Positions 23,512 to 34,499 of a DNA stretch of 64,000 bases are shown in pieces. The position numbers were made by a program, and so were the translations under genes. The stretch comes from Thermodesulfobacteriota bacterium (GTDB lineage: Bacteria; Desulfobacterota_D; UBA1144; Nemesobacterales; UBA2774). The notes beneath the pieces are model-generated. The model worked only from the letters and a program-made list of their open reading frames with translations, was not told the DNA's origin and made no database searches. Where the stretch lies: positions 1,192,196 through 1,256,195 of the forward strand of contig OY729416.1 in the NCBI GenBank assembly GCA_963422265.1, given 5' to 3'. Position 1 is the stretch's first letter; every line of letters begins with the position of its first letter.

Positions 23512-25587
23512 TTGTCGCTCGCAGACGATAAACACTCTAATAAAGGAAAGAAGACTTACGATATTAAGATTCTTAGATGGCTATACGGCTTCACGGGTCA
23601 TTATCGCGCCTATATGGCTTTGGCTCTTCTATTAATGTTATCTACGGCACTGATTGAGCTTGCGGTTCCCTACATAACTAAAATCGCTGTTGATAAATAT
23701 ATCTATCCTCCTTGGAAAATTGCAGATTTCACTGGCGAATCAAAAGAAACCGAATTTGAGGAAACGCTAAAAGATAAATATCCCTCGTCAATAATAAAAC
23801 TGAGTGGAAACTCTTATCTAATTGATACGTCGGAATTGGATAAGGTCGATGGCCATAACCTTGAAAGGCTTGGCGTAGTATCAGAGGAAAGGTATCTCGT
23901 CGTCAATTTGGAGAACTTTGATGAAAATAAACGAAGCCTAGTTAAAGAGATAACGGAAGATAACCCAGACGTCTTTAAGTCCATGAGTGGCGTCTCCTTT
24001 GCAAGCTATAGCGCCCTCAGCAAACTCAATAGTAAAGACCTTCTTAGAATAAGAAGTGATGAAATAGATCAGGTAGTCAAGCTTGCCGCACTACTATTTC
24101 TTTGTCTGCTCGGGATATTTATCTTTAGTTCGCTTTTCACATATCTACTAAATTGTTCTGGACACAAAATAATGCACGAGATCAGATTATCCCTTTTTTC
24201 TCACGTAATGAAACTTCCCCAACCCTTTTTTGATAAAAATCCAGTCGGGAGAATTACTACTCGTGTGACGAACGACGTAAATGCTATAAATGAAATGTAC
24301 ACGTCCGTAATGATTCAAGTCTTAAAAGATATATTAGTAGTAATAGGCACTTTCATCGTAATGTTCCACATGAATAAGAGCCTTACTTTATACGTGATTC
24401 TGTTTACCTTACTTATGGCCCTTTTCGCAGCCCTTTTCAGAATGAAGCTAAAGATGGTTTACAGGGAAATCAGAAGGAGTATTTCAAAGCTTAACGCATT
24501 CGTTCAGGAAAGCGTTAAGGGCATCGTTTTAATAAAACTCTACAACCGAGAGATGGAGAATTTCAAGAAGTTCAAAAATATAAACCGTGAGAACTACAAA
24601 GCCAATATGGATCAGCTATGGGTTTACGCAACCTTTAGACCCTTTATTGAATTTACGAGCGTGTTCACGGTTGCTTTTACCCTCTGGTACGGTGGGCTCA
24701 AGGTGCTGAAACTCGACCTTACGTTAGGTGCTTTAATAGCTTATCTATACTACGTGAGAATGCTTTTCAGGCCTATTATGGAGCTAGCCGAGAAATACAA
24801 CATCTTCCAATCGGCCGCTGCGGCTTCTGAGAATCTTTATGATTTAGCAGGTGTTAAATCGGAGGAAAAATCTGGTATTAGCAAGTCTCAAATAAAAGGG
24901 AAACTGGAGTTTGAAAATGTCTGGTTTTCTTATGACAATAAGGAATGGGTTCTAAAAAATGTCTCTTTTAGGATTGACCCCGGCGAGACCGTAGCCCTCG
25001 TTGGGCTTACGGGATCCGGAAAAACCACGATTGTAAACCTTATTCTCAGATTTTATGAAATAGAGCGAGGGCAAATCCTACTAGACGGCGTGGACATAAA
25101 AGAATTAAGACCTGAATTTTTGAGGGCAAACGTTTGTGCAGTATTTCAAGACCTCTTTTTATTCGGAAAGGGATCGGATGATGAAAAAGACGGAACCTCA
25201 ACCGAACTCTTAACGATAAAGGAGCTTAGGGAAATAAAAAAATCTAACGAACGTTCAATGTCGTCAGGAGAGAAACAACTAGTATCTTTAGAACAAGCAT
25301 TATCAAAGAAAGCAAAATTTCTGATATTAGATGAAGCAACCTCAAACATAGACGCAAATATAGAGCAAAGGATTCAAGAAACAATCAAAGGGAAGTCACA
25401 AAAGGAAACCACGTTGATCATCGCCCACAGACTTTCAAATGTAAGGGACGCCGATAGAATAATGGTAATACACAAAGGTGAGATTTCAGAAGTAGGCTCG
25501 CACCAAGAACTATTAGCGAAAAAGGGAATTTACCATAGTCTCTACCAGCTACAAAATGGAATAAGATGCTTCTCACCCCCTTCATAA
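23512..25587 (+). CDS. ABC exporter, fused permease/ATPase, with an unusual roughly 130-aa extracytoplasmic insertion and a degenerate signature motif
   Basis: Six-TM exporter fold; Walker A GLTGSGKTT; Walker B LILDEATS; H-loop AHR. The LSGGQ signature is replaced by MSSGEKQ and the segment preceding it is shortened. Confidence 0.85.
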   Translation: MSLADDKHSNKGKKTYDIKILRWLYGFTGHYRAYMALALLLMLSTALIELAVPYITKIAVDKYIYPPWKIADFTGESKETEFEETLKDKYPSSIIKLSGNSYLIDTSELDKVDGHNLERLGVVSEERYLVVNLENFDENKRSLVKEITEDNPDVFKSMSGVSFASYSALSKLNSKDLLRIRSDEIDQVVKLAALLFLCLLGIFIFSSLFTYLLNCSGHKIMHEIRLSLFSHVMKLPQPFFDKNPVGRITTRVTNDVNAINEMYTSVMIQVLKDILVVIGTFIVMFHMNKSLTLYVILFTLLMALFAALFRMKLKMVYREIRRSISKLNAFVQESVKGIVLIKLYNREMENFKKFKNINRENYKANMDQLWVYATFRPFIEFTSVFTVAFTLWYGGLKVLKLDLTLGALIAYLYYVRMLFRPIMELAEKYNIFQSAAAASENLYDLAGVKSEEKSGISKSQIKGKLEFENVWFSYDNKEWVLKNVSFRIDPGETVALVGLTGSGKTTIVNLILRFYEIERGQILLDGVDIKELRPEFLRANVCAVFQDLFLFGKGSDDEKDGTSTELLTIKELREIKKSNERSMSSGEKQLVSLEQALSKKAKFLILDEATSNIDANIEQRIQETIKGKSQKETTLIIAHRLSNVRDADRIMVIHKGEISEVGSHQELLAKKGIYHSLYQLQNGIRCFSPPS

Positions 25588-26544
25588 CTAATCACAATTA
25601 GAGGTAGCAGCAAACTCTAATGAACCTGGAAAAGGGAATCGGGTGCGTTCTTCTTTGCCATCTAACTCCCGAACGCTACCAGCCCCTAACTCCTTGAGCC
25701 TATCTATTACTTCAAAAACAACAGTCTCAGGAGTAGAAGCGCCCGAACTTACTCCTATTACTAAATCATCATTAAATCCATGAGCTCCTATTTCATCAGC
25801 TCCTTCTATTAAGTAAGCCCTACTAACCCCGTTAGCCTTTGCTACCTCAACCAAGCGATTGGAATTAGAGCTTTCGGGAGAGCCTACGATAAAGATAATA
25901 TCGGCTTGCTTAGCCAGCGCTTTCACGGCGTCTTGTCTGTTCTGCGTAGCATAACAAATATCAAGCTTTGAAGGGCTTACGATATTTGGAAACCTTTTTT
26001 TAAGAGATGCAAGTATATTCCTCGTATCATCAACGCTCAAAGTAGTCTGCGTAACGTAAGCTATTTTGTCCGGGTCAGGGACCTCTACCCTTTCCGCCTC
26101 CTCAACGGACTCAACGACAACTACTTTGTCAGGAGCGTGACCACTTGTTCCTATTACCTCTACGTGATTCCTATGTCCTATCAGTATGATTGTATAACCC
26201 ATTTCCGCATAATGCCTTACCTCATTATGCACCTTCGTTACGAGTGGGCAGACAGCGTCAACAACCTCAAGGGATCTATCCTTAGCTTCGTCCCACACCT
26301 TGGGTCCTACTCCATGAGCGCTAAAAATAACCCTTGCACCTCTCTCATTTATTTCCTCTAATTCCTCTATAAATCTAACGCCTCTCTCCTTAAGCGACTC
26401 GACTACACGCTTATTGTGGACAATGGCATGGCGAACGTAGATAGGAGTACCATACATTTCAAGCGCCCGCTCGACCATCTCAATTGCTCTATCAACACCT
26501 GCGCAAAAACCCCTAGGTTTGGCGACGATTACTTGCATTTGCAA
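25588..26544 (-). CDS. ispH: 4-hydroxy-3-methylbut-2-enyl diphosphate reductase IspH
   Basis: KPRGFCAGVDRAI N-terminus and the three Cys cluster ligands; 318 aa. Confidence 0.92.
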   Translation of the reverse strand: MQMQVIVAKPRGFCAGVDRAIEMVERALEMYGTPIYVRHAIVHNKRVVESLKERGVRFIEELEEINERGARVIFSAHGVGPKVWDEAKDRSLEVVDAVCPLVTKVHNEVRHYAEMGYTIILIGHRNHVEVIGTSGHAPDKVVVVESVEEAERVEVPDPDKIAYVTQTTLSVDDTRNILASLKKRFPNIVSPSKLDICYATQNRQDAVKALAKQADIIFIVGSPESSNSNRLVEVAKANGVSRAYLIEGADEIGAHGFNDDLVIGVSSGASTPETVVFEVIDRLKELGAGSVRELDGKEERTRFPFPGSLEFAATSNCD

Positions 26545-26615
26545 CTCCCCTTAGCCTATTATACATCACATTAAGAAAGGACGGCTTTCTAAAAATACCT
26601 GAAAAGTAAATCCAT

Positions 26616-27398
26616 CTAGAATACCTGTAGTAGTTTTAGAGAAATTATGAATATAGCTACGACCAATACAGAGCGTATTACCTTCTCGCCACCCTCAACT
26701 GACAAATGAGCCGCCCACCAACCACCTAGGGCGTTGCCAGCAGCTAAACTCAAACCTAGAAGCCAATCTACGTTATCCGTCCAGATAAAAATAAGAAGCG
26801 CAGGCACTGTATAGATCAAGATTATAAGAATTTTACGCACGTTGACTAAAATAAGATTAATTCTAAGTAAATGATAAAGCGCCGCCATGATTAAAAACCC
26901 TACGCCAATCTGAATAAAACCACCGTAAAAACCGATGCCCAGCATAGCGGGGTAGATAAGCCAGGGTTTTTTGCCTTCTACTGATGTAATATTCCGTTTA
27001 GCCTGGGAGGGGAGCAACATAGATATTACTACTCCAATCATTACTATGCCAAGTATCCGCTCAAACCAATCGCTGCTGATCCTAACTGCTATTAAAGCCC
27101 CCAGTATAGCCCCTGGCAGCGTGAAAGCCGCAAGTTTTACTCCCTCTCTGATCCCTGGGACCTTTTGCTTGTGAAAAGAAAGAGCGGCAGATACATTCTG
27201 TATTAAAATCGCAACCCGGTTAGTTCCATTAGCGGCGGAACCATCTAGTCCCAGGAATATTAAGGCGGGCAGCGTAAGGCTGGATCCCCCACCTGCCATT
27301 ACGTTGACAAAACCTGCCAATATCCCCACGCCAAAAAGAATAAGAAGTTCTACGTATTCAAGCATACGCCTCGCCCCAGCTCCGTATCGCTCACTCAA
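26616..27398 (-). CDS. TauE/SafE (TSUP) family sulfite/anion exporter
   Basis: 260-aa polytopic membrane protein with a duplicated 4-TM TSUP pattern. Confidence 0.75.
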   Translation of the reverse strand: MSERYGAGARRMLEYVELLILFGVGILAGFVNVMAGGGSSLTLPALIFLGLDGSAANGTNRVAILIQNVSAALSFHKQKVPGIREGVKLAAFTLPGAILGALIAVRISSDWFERILGIVMIGVVISMLLPSQAKRNITSVEGKKPWLIYPAMLGIGFYGGFIQIGVGFLIMAALYHLLRINLILVNVRKILIILIYTVPALLIFIWTDNVDWLLGLSLAAGNALGGWWAAHLSVEGGEKVIRSVLVVAIFIISLKLLQVF

Positions 27399-27430
27399 AA
27401 TTTACAACCTACTACGAATCGGGGTCTAGG

Positions 27431-28495
27431 TTACTCACTATTTAATAGCTTGTTTTTCAAGTCTTCAAGCGTTGAGGAAATATCTTTCTGTCTTTGGCTA
27501 AGACTCTCTACTACTTTTCTCAATTCATGCGCTTCTCTTACTGTACCTAAGCCTTTACTACGTTGATCGACTCCAAGCTCGCTATCTTTAATATCTAAAT
27601 TCAAAATATCAGGTCTTGAGAAATGCCCAATTGAATCAATTACGGCTTTAGCTCTTATTATCGTATCAGTGTCAATATCGGCGTATATTATATCCTCCTT
27701 TCCGTAAACTGGACCAGCCATGTATTCTCCCCTCGGATTTATAATTCCACTTCCACCCGGAAAATCCCACAGCGTGTTTTCTTTAAGGGGAAAGCTATCA
27801 GGAATCATTTTCTCATTCATGTGTCCTGAGGATACAATGACGAATACCTGCCCTTCAAAAGCATATTGACGGCTAGCAAAATCCATAGTCGGCTTAGTAA
27901 ATCCATGACCTGCCCAAAGCCCGGCGTGTATTTGCTCGCCTTTTTTATACATAGCGTATTTTGCTAGAGTCAGATGGTGCTCATAGCAAAAAAAACCGCC
28001 TATATTACCTAATGAGGTTGCAAACACTTTTAAGTCCTGAGCACTTCCCATCCCCCATATACACTTTTCACTGTCTATGGACATAAGCTTTCTGTGCTTA
28101 CCAAGAATACCGCCGTCTTTATCTATATATAAAATAGTATTGTAAAGGGTGCCACCTTCTCTTTCATTAACGCCTATTACAACGTAGGCATCGGCTTTCC
28201 TAGCGGCTTCGCAAAGCCTAGAGGTATTTTCATCAGGAATCTCAATCGAGTTTCTGTGCAATTCACCATAAGCGTCAAGAACAAGACTTCTTCCCTCTAT
28301 GGTTCCTATATCCTTAGGCCAATAAGGGTATGTAGGAATTGTCGCTTCTGGGAACACTATTAAATTTGCGCCGTTTTTGCTCGCCTCTTCAATCAGGCCT
28401 ATAATCTTCTCTATAGTCTCATCTTTATTAAGGAATATGGGTGCCATTTGCACCGCGGCTGCGGTAAATACGTGATCTTTATCCTGCATACTCAC
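27431..28495 (-). CDS. Carbon-nitrogen hydrolase (nitrilase superfamily) with a C-terminal coiled-coil extension
   Basis: VFPEATIPTYPYW region and the Glu-Lys-Cys triad layout; 354 aa, about 40 aa longer than usual. Confidence 0.8.
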   Translation of the reverse strand: MSMQDKDHVFTAAAVQMAPIFLNKDETIEKIIGLIEEASKNGANLIVFPEATIPTYPYWPKDIGTIEGRSLVLDAYGELHRNSIEIPDENTSRLCEAARKADAYVVIGVNEREGGTLYNTILYIDKDGGILGKHRKLMSIDSEKCIWGMGSAQDLKVFATSLGNIGGFFCYEHHLTLAKYAMYKKGEQIHAGLWAGHGFTKPTMDFASRQYAFEGQVFVIVSSGHMNEKMIPDSFPLKENTLWDFPGGSGIINPRGEYMAGPVYGKEDIIYADIDTDTIIRAKAVIDSIGHFSRPDILNLDIKDSELGVDQRSKGLGTVREAHELRKVVESLSQRQKDISSTLEDLKNKLLNSE

Positions 28496-28797
28496 TCACC
28501 CCCTGCTACGCCTCTCCCCGAAACCCACTGAGGGAGAAATTAAGAACGTATTGAGATTCAGTTTTGTTAGGAGCAACCCTACAAAATTCGCAGATTTGTA
28601 ATTATAGCAAGTCTAACTCCTATTTCCTAATGGTTGTCCATTCTACTAAATGGGTAAAGTGGTTCCGTGCTTTATGCAACTTTTACATACGCTCGTCTTA
28701 TCGCTTACCGTTTTAATTGTTGCTTTTGGCAGATAGCTTGTCTAAACTTAACTTTTCTAAGTAAGAGTTAATCCTTATAATTAACCCTACGCAATAA

Positions 28798-31110
28798 ATG
28801 CCTAAAAGAAAAAGCCATTCAAAACAGGAATCATCCGATAAAATAGTTAGGGAAATACTCTCGTCTCTTCTTTTCGCTTTGGGTTTGTTCTCATCACTCA
28901 GCCTTGTCTTTTACAGTTCGAGAATAGGTCTTGACCTTAAAGGGTCTATGGGAACGACTGGGGTCTTTATATCCGCTATGCTCGGCAAAGCCTTCGGTAT
29001 ATGCGGGTTCGCAGTGCCTATAGTATTGTTTTACACGGCAGCTATTACTTTTATCAACAAATCTGGACCCAATCTTTTAAGAAATGTTCTATCATCCCTT
29101 GTATTGCTAATTTCCGTAATGACTTTTCTAGGGCTCTCATTCACTGGGAAGGGATTATTGGGATATGAAACAGCGGGGGGATGGATAGGAAACGCAATTG
29201 CAGAAAAGTTAAAAGAAGGCATCGCTGGCACTATAGGCTCTTATCTCATCGTAACTGTCTTACTCATTCTTAGCCTAGTAGCAATAACGGGACTAACCTT
29301 GTCAGAGATGCTTAGGACGGCAGGCAAAGTTTCTGCATCCGCTACTAATAAAACCTATGAATTCTCCAAATTCATCGCCATTCAAGCCTTACGGATTGGA
29401 AAACGCTTAAAGGAACCTTTAGAAAATTTAAAGGGCGGACGGCAGGTCGCAGAGGAAAACCTTCAGACGTATGAAGGAGATCAAGCGTCAACCTTAAACA
29501 GACGGCAAAATCCCTCGTCTGATGAAATAATCGACCTCGAAGAAGAGGTATTTACCGATGAAGAGACTTTATTTCTTGAAAACGGGCGTCCAGAAATAGT
29601 CATAGAACAGCCAAAATCAAAGGGATTTGATGAATTTTCTCTAGTAAAGAAGCAAACTAGTAATAGTTATAAGGTTCCACCGCTCGATCTGCTTGATTCC
29701 AAGATAGAAATCGATCTTGAGGTGGACAGTAAAGCCGTTTATGAAAAACAGGATCTGATTGAGGAAAAATTAAAGGATTTCGGAGTATCGGGAAAGGTCG
29801 TCAGAGTAAGACCGGGTCCCGTGATCACTATGTTTGAGTATAAACCCGCACCGGGAATTAAGATAAGTAAAATAGCATCGCTTGATAATGATCTCGCCAT
29901 GGGACTCAGCGCCCTTAGCATCAGAATTATAGCTCCCATTCCTGGGAAGGACGTTATAGGTATTGAGGTGCCTAACACAACAAGAGAAATGGTGGTTTTA
30001 AGAGAACTTCTTGAGGATGCTGAATTTTCCAGAAGCCAATCTATATTAACTCTTGCTTTGGGAAAGGACATTTCCGGTCTTCCATTTTATATGGACTTAA
30101 GAAAAGCGCCACATCTTATGGTTGCGGGAACCACTGGCTCGGGTAAAAGCGTTTTACTCAACGCCGTAATTACAAGTATGCTTTACAAGGCGAGCCCGCA
30201 CGAGCTTAAATTCATCATGATCGACCCTAAAATGCTTGAGCTATCCGTGTATGAAGGTATTCCGCACCTACTACACCCGGTTGTAACGGAACCTAAAAGA
30301 GCGGCTGCGGCCCTAAAGTGGGCAGTTGGAGAGATGGAAAAGAGATACAGAACCCTTTCTGATGAGGGGGTAAGGGACATTGAAACTCATAACAGGAACG
30401 TGGAGAACCTAGATATTCCAACAGAGGACAAAATAGATAGGCTTCTACCTTACATAGTAATTATTTTAGATGAGCTTGCTGATCTAATGATGATAGCACC
30501 GAGCGAGGTAAAAGAATCAGTTACGAGGCTTTCTCAGAAAGCCCGCGCCGCTGGCATACATTTGATCGTCGCAACCCAGCGTCCCTCTGCCGACGTCGTA
30601 GCCGGACTCATCAAAGCTAATTTCCCCGCTAGAATCTCATTCCTTGTATCATCTAAAATTGATTCGCGTATAATTTTGGACGCAGGTGGCGCCGAGCAGC
30701 TTTTGGGTAAAGGGGATATGCTGTTACTTGAACCCGGCACTTCAAACCTGTTGAGACTTCAGGGAGCACTTATTTCAGATACGGAAAGAGAGAAAATAAC
30801 TGAGCACATCAAACACCAAGGATCTCCCGACTATAAAGAAGAAATCACTCACGTAGAGGAAAAAGAGAAAAGCGAGGATCTAGAGAATGAAAAGGATGAT
30901 CTTTACTATAAGGCTCTAAGAACAATTGCCGAAACCAATCAAGCGTCTATATCCATGCTTCAAAGGAAACTTAGAATCGGCTATAATAGGGCTGCTCGTA
31001 TTGTTGAAATCATGGAAAAAGAAGGCGTTGTTGGTCCTCAGGAAGTCGCCGGAAAGCCAAGGGAAGTATTTATAGACTTGAACCAAACTGAAGAGAGGAA
31101 AACAAACTGA
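28798..31110 (+). CDS. ftsK: DNA translocase FtsK
   Basis: N-terminal 4-TM domain, a linker, a motor domain (GTTGSGKS, Walker B) and a C-terminal gamma winged helix; 770 aa. Confidence 0.92.
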   Translation: MPKRKSHSKQESSDKIVREILSSLLFALGLFSSLSLVFYSSRIGLDLKGSMGTTGVFISAMLGKAFGICGFAVPIVLFYTAAITFINKSGPNLLRNVLSSLVLLISVMTFLGLSFTGKGLLGYETAGGWIGNAIAEKLKEGIAGTIGSYLIVTVLLILSLVAITGLTLSEMLRTAGKVSASATNKTYEFSKFIAIQALRIGKRLKEPLENLKGGRQVAEENLQTYEGDQASTLNRRQNPSSDEIIDLEEEVFTDEETLFLENGRPEIVIEQPKSKGFDEFSLVKKQTSNSYKVPPLDLLDSKIEIDLEVDSKAVYEKQDLIEEKLKDFGVSGKVVRVRPGPVITMFEYKPAPGIKISKIASLDNDLAMGLSALSIRIIAPIPGKDVIGIEVPNTTREMVVLRELLEDAEFSRSQSILTLALGKDISGLPFYMDLRKAPHLMVAGTTGSGKSVLLNAVITSMLYKASPHELKFIMIDPKMLELSVYEGIPHLLHPVVTEPKRAAAALKWAVGEMEKRYRTLSDEGVRDIETHNRNVENLDIPTEDKIDRLLPYIVIILDELADLMMIAPSEVKESVTRLSQKARAAGIHLIVATQRPSADVVAGLIKANFPARISFLVSSKIDSRIILDAGGAEQLLGKGDMLLLEPGTSNLLRLQGALISDTEREKITEHIKHQGSPDYKEEITHVEEKEKSEDLENEKDDLYYKALRTIAETNQASISMLQRKLRIGYNRAARIVEIMEKEGVVGPQEVAGKPREVFIDLNQTEERKTN

Positions 31111-31127
31111 CATACGGACTAAAAGGG

Positions 31128-31793
31128 TTGCTCGCACTCTCTTTAATGCTACTTATACACTCCGCGCCAGGGTTTTCAAAGCAGGGAGAAAGCCTAAACA
31201 GGGTTATAGAAGACGTTCAGAACAAGTATGAGCGAATGGATAACTTTCACGCGGCATTTATACAAGAAGATAAGGTAAAAGCGCTGAATAAGGTGCGGAA
31301 AGCGGAGGGCAAAGTTTGGTTGAAAAAACCGGGAATGATGAGATGGAGCTATTACGCGCCAACCAAGGATGAAATCGTATCTGATGGAAAGACACTCTGG
31401 TTTTATGACGAGGAAGAAAAGCAAGTAACAGAGTCTCCGTTAACCCAGTCGTCTGGAAATCAGACTACCGCCACCTTACTATCGGGGCTTGGTAATATAA
31501 AGGAGCTATTTAACGCGAGTTTCACGGATTTAGATAGCTTGAACAAAAATGAAAGTTATTTAATAGACCTAGCTCCAAAAAATCAGGAGGAGGGATATAG
31601 CAAAGCTACGATTGCCGTTGATAAAAAAACCGCGCTAGTAAATACTATTTACCTCTATGACCTATTCGGTAATTTGACTATTATAAAGCTAAAGGAGATG
31701 CAAATCGGTAAAAAGGTTGCGGATTCTTTATTTCAGTTCAAAGCCCCTAAGGGAGTCAAAACAATAAAATTCCCTTCCGTTATTTCCCAATGA
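31128..31793 (+). CDS. lolA: Outer-membrane lipoprotein carrier protein LolA
   Basis: 221 aa with a signal peptide and a LolA-like beta-barrel pattern; conserved ftsK-lolA adjacency. Confidence 0.75.
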   Translation: MLALSLMLLIHSAPGFSKQGESLNRVIEDVQNKYERMDNFHAAFIQEDKVKALNKVRKAEGKVWLKKPGMMRWSYYAPTKDEIVSDGKTLWFYDEEEKQVTESPLTQSSGNQTTATLLSGLGNIKELFNASFTDLDSLNKNESYLIDLAPKNQEEGYSKATIAVDKKTALVNTIYLYDLFGNLTIIKLKEMQIGKKVADSLFQFKAPKGVKTIKFPSVISQ

Positions 31794-31804
31794 GTCATCT
31801 TTAG

Positions 31805-33034
31805 CTATCTATCTATCTCACCAAGAACTATATCAAGACTTCCGATTGCGGCTATCACGTCGGCTACTAAGCTACCTTCGGTCATTTGGGAAAGGGCTTG
31901 TAAGTTGACAAAGGAAGGTCCCCTAACCCTCATCCTATACGGTTGTCCCGAACCATCGCTCACTAAATAATAACTAAGCTCCCCCTTAGGATTTTCCACG
32001 GCATGTTGAATCTCCTCCTCAGGAGGCTTAAATCCTTCATATACAAGAACGAAGTGTCTGATAAGCGATTCCATCCTAGTGTAGGTAAGTTCCTTTTCCG
32101 GAAGCACAATGTCGGGAAGATCAGCTATATATGGGCCGTCGGGCAAGTTGCTTAAAGCCTGTTTTATAATAAGTAAGCTCTGATTCATCTCCTCAAGCCT
32201 ACAGAGATAACGAGAATAGGCGTCTCCATCACTTGCGATTGGAACCTCAAAGTCATAATTCTCGTAACCGAGATAAGGCATCGCCTTTCTTACATCATAA
32301 GGCACGCCACTTCCCCTTAGAGCAGGACCCGTAAGACCTAGATCTATAGCGTCCTCTCCACTTATTACGGCAACTCCCTTTGTTCTCTCTATCCATATTC
32401 TGTTTCTAGTAAGAAGCTTGTCAATTTCCGCCAAGGTCTTTGGAAAGATTTCAATGAAGTTTGTAACTACCTCTTCAAAATTATCGGGAAGGTCAAGGGG
32501 AAGCCCTCCCACTCTTGGGTAAGAGGTGGTAAGTCTTGCTCCACACACAGTCTCGAGCACGTCGTATATTCTTTCCCTCTCCTTAAAACAGTAAAGAAAA
32601 GCGCTCATCGCTCCTAAGTCAAGCGCATTGGTTCCTATGCCTACAAGGTGTGACTCAATACGCCCAAGCTCAAATAGTAGAACCTCCGCAGTCTTAGCCC
32701 TTTCGGGCACGTCTTCCTCTATCCCCAGAAGTTTTTCAACCGTTAGAATAAAACCGATGTTATTGCATATAGAAGCCAGATAATCCATTCTGTCGGTGTA
32801 AGGAAGACATTGCTGATAGGTAATGTGCTCGCATAGTTTCTCGATTCCTCTATGAAGGTAACCAACGTGTGGAACCGCCTTTACTACTACCTCACCGTCA
32901 AGGTGAAGAACTACGCGTAGAACCCCGTGAGTAGCGGGATGTTGGGGACCCATGTTGAGCATTAAGGTCTCCGTCCGCATGCCGTCTTGCACCTGATGAG
33001 TTTCGTTACTTATCAGTTCAACTCTTTCCATCAA
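31805..33034 (-). CDS. nuoD: NADH-quinone oxidoreductase subunit D
   Basis: 409 aa; family of the NiFe-hydrogenase large-subunit-like 49 kDa subunit. Confidence 0.93.
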   Translation of the reverse strand: MMERVELISNETHQVQDGMRTETLMLNMGPQHPATHGVLRVVLHLDGEVVVKAVPHVGYLHRGIEKLCEHITYQQCLPYTDRMDYLASICNNIGFILTVEKLLGIEEDVPERAKTAEVLLFELGRIESHLVGIGTNALDLGAMSAFLYCFKERERIYDVLETVCGARLTTSYPRVGGLPLDLPDNFEEVVTNFIEIFPKTLAEIDKLLTRNRIWIERTKGVAVISGEDAIDLGLTGPALRGSGVPYDVRKAMPYLGYENYDFEVPIASDGDAYSRYLCRLEEMNQSLLIIKQALSNLPDGPYIADLPDIVLPEKELTYTRMESLIRHFVLVYEGFKPPEEEIQHAVENPKGELSYYLVSDGSGQPYRMRVRGPSFVNLQALSQMTEGSLVADVIAAIGSLDIVLGEIDR

Positions 33035-33552
33035 TCAAGCCCGTCTTTAAGAGCCCTTTCAAAAGATTCTTTGGAGGCTTTACGATCCCTCACGTCAAAA
33101 TCTTTTCTTAAAGGGAATGGTTCGTAGTCCTCAGGCATCAAAATACGCTTTAGATTCGGGTGCCCGCTAAATTCTATCCCGAACATATCATATACCTCTC
33201 TCTCGAGCCAATTGGCTCCGCTCCATACCGAAGTAACCGAATCAATGCGGAGTTCATCTTCCGAGACTTCGGCTTTAAGCCGAACCCTGACGTTACCTTC
33301 AAAATCATCTCCAAACCTGTGAACGTGATATACGACCTCGTATCTTGGGAGTTTCACTTTAAGGTAATCAACGGCGGTAAGATCCGCTAGGAACGTAAAT
33401 TCCTGCTCGTCTTTCAGGTATCCGCAAATTTTTAAGACGTCGCGTTTAGGTATAAAAAGAGTCGCTTCTCCTCTAAACTCTTTAACGTCTTTTATGCTAT
33501 TGAGAAAAGTTTCTTTCAGAGATTCAATAACCGAAGCTAGAGCAGAGTTCAT
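33031..33552 (-). CDS. nuoC: NADH-quinone oxidoreductase subunit C (start moved to the internal Met so that it abuts nuoB)
   Basis: 30 kDa subunit family; the ORF's N-terminal extension overlaps nuoB by 85 bp, whereas the internal ATG gives an ATGA overlap. Confidence 0.85.
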   Translation of the reverse strand: MNSALASVIESLKETFLNSIKDVKEFRGEATLFIPKRDVLKICGYLKDEQEFTFLADLTAVDYLKVKLPRYEVVYHVHRFGDDFEGNVRVRLKAEVSEDELRIDSVTSVWSGANWLEREVYDMFGIEFSGHPNLKRILMPEDYEPFPLRKDFDVRDRKASKESFERALKDGLD

Positions 33553-34034
33553 AGAATAGGTGCCCCTTCTATCTCTATCTTCTTTTGGATTTTCATAACG
33601 GCGTCTATAAGCGCCTCTGGCCTCGGAGGACATCCTCCAACGTAAACGTCAACCGGGAGAAATTCATCTATGCCCTGAACAACAGCGTAGCTGTCAAAGG
33701 GTCCACCACCACATGTGCAAGAACCCATGGCTATGACCCATTTCGGCTCCGGCATCTGATCGTATATCCTCCTGCACACGGAAGCCATTTTATAGGTAAT
33801 TGTTCCGGAGACTATCATCAGGTCAGCCTGCCTAGGTGAGAATCTCGCAACCTCGGCGCCGAACCGCGAAAGGTCATACCTAGACGCAAATACGCCCATC
33901 ATTTCAATGGCGCAACACGCAGTGCCAAACGGCATAGGCCACAGGCTGTTCTTTCTTGCCCAATTGGCGAACTCTCCGATTTTGGTGGTTATGAATCCAT
34001 CGCCACCTAGTATAGAATTCGTATTTACTCCCAA
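33549..34034 (-). CDS. nuoB: NADH-quinone oxidoreductase subunit B
   Basis: CCxxE...GxCxxxGG...C...GCPP ligands for the N2 cluster; 161 aa. Confidence 0.92.
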   Translation of the reverse strand: MGVNTNSILGGDGFITTKIGEFANWARKNSLWPMPFGTACCAIEMMGVFASRYDLSRFGAEVARFSPRQADLMIVSGTITYKMASVCRRIYDQMPEPKWVIAMGSCTCGGGPFDSYAVVQGIDEFLPVDVYVGGCPPRPEALIDAVMKIQKKIEIEGAPIL

Positions 34035-34381
34035 TCAAGCGCCCCCGTCTTCAAAACGTAGAAATAGCCACCTAGTATAACAGCCAAAAATACTATAATT
34101 TCTATGAAAGCAATTAAACCTAACTCCTTAAAAACCACTGCCCACGCGAATAAAAATACCACTTCCACATCAAAGAGAATAAAGAGAGCACCTACCATAT
34201 AATATTTGATAGAGAACCTGCCCCTTGTATCTCCCGTGGGCGCCATGCCTGATTCATAAGGAGCGAGCTTGCGATTTGCCTGTCTTTTCGGACCTATAAC
34301 GGAAGAGATAAAAAGCATTGCCCCAGCAAGAATTATAGATAGAATTAGTATTAATAAGATGGGTATATACTCGCTAAGCAT
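34025..34381 (-). CDS. nuoA: NADH-quinone oxidoreductase subunit A
   Basis: 118 aa, 3-TM protein of the NuoA family. Confidence 0.88.
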   Translation of the reverse strand: MLSEYIPILLILILSIILAGAMLFISSVIGPKRQANRKLAPYESGMAPTGDTRGRFSIKYYMVGALFILFDVEVVFLFAWAVVFKELGLIAFIEIIVFLAVILGGYFYVLKTGALDWE

Positions 34382-34499
34382 GGTATTTATGGTAAGTGGG
34401 TTGATAAAATTGTCAAGGAGCTAGTAAGCGCTTGAAGAGTGGATTATCATATATCAATTGATACACGAACGCCCCTCTTTAGGTTAGGAGAGAATCCGG

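Noticed and set aside
33553-33633. N-terminal 27-aa extension of the nuoC ORF overlapping nuoB by 85 bp
   Set aside because: The internal Met gives the canonical ATGA stop-start junction with nuoB, and the extension ([27 protein letters not shown]) is not NuoC-like.
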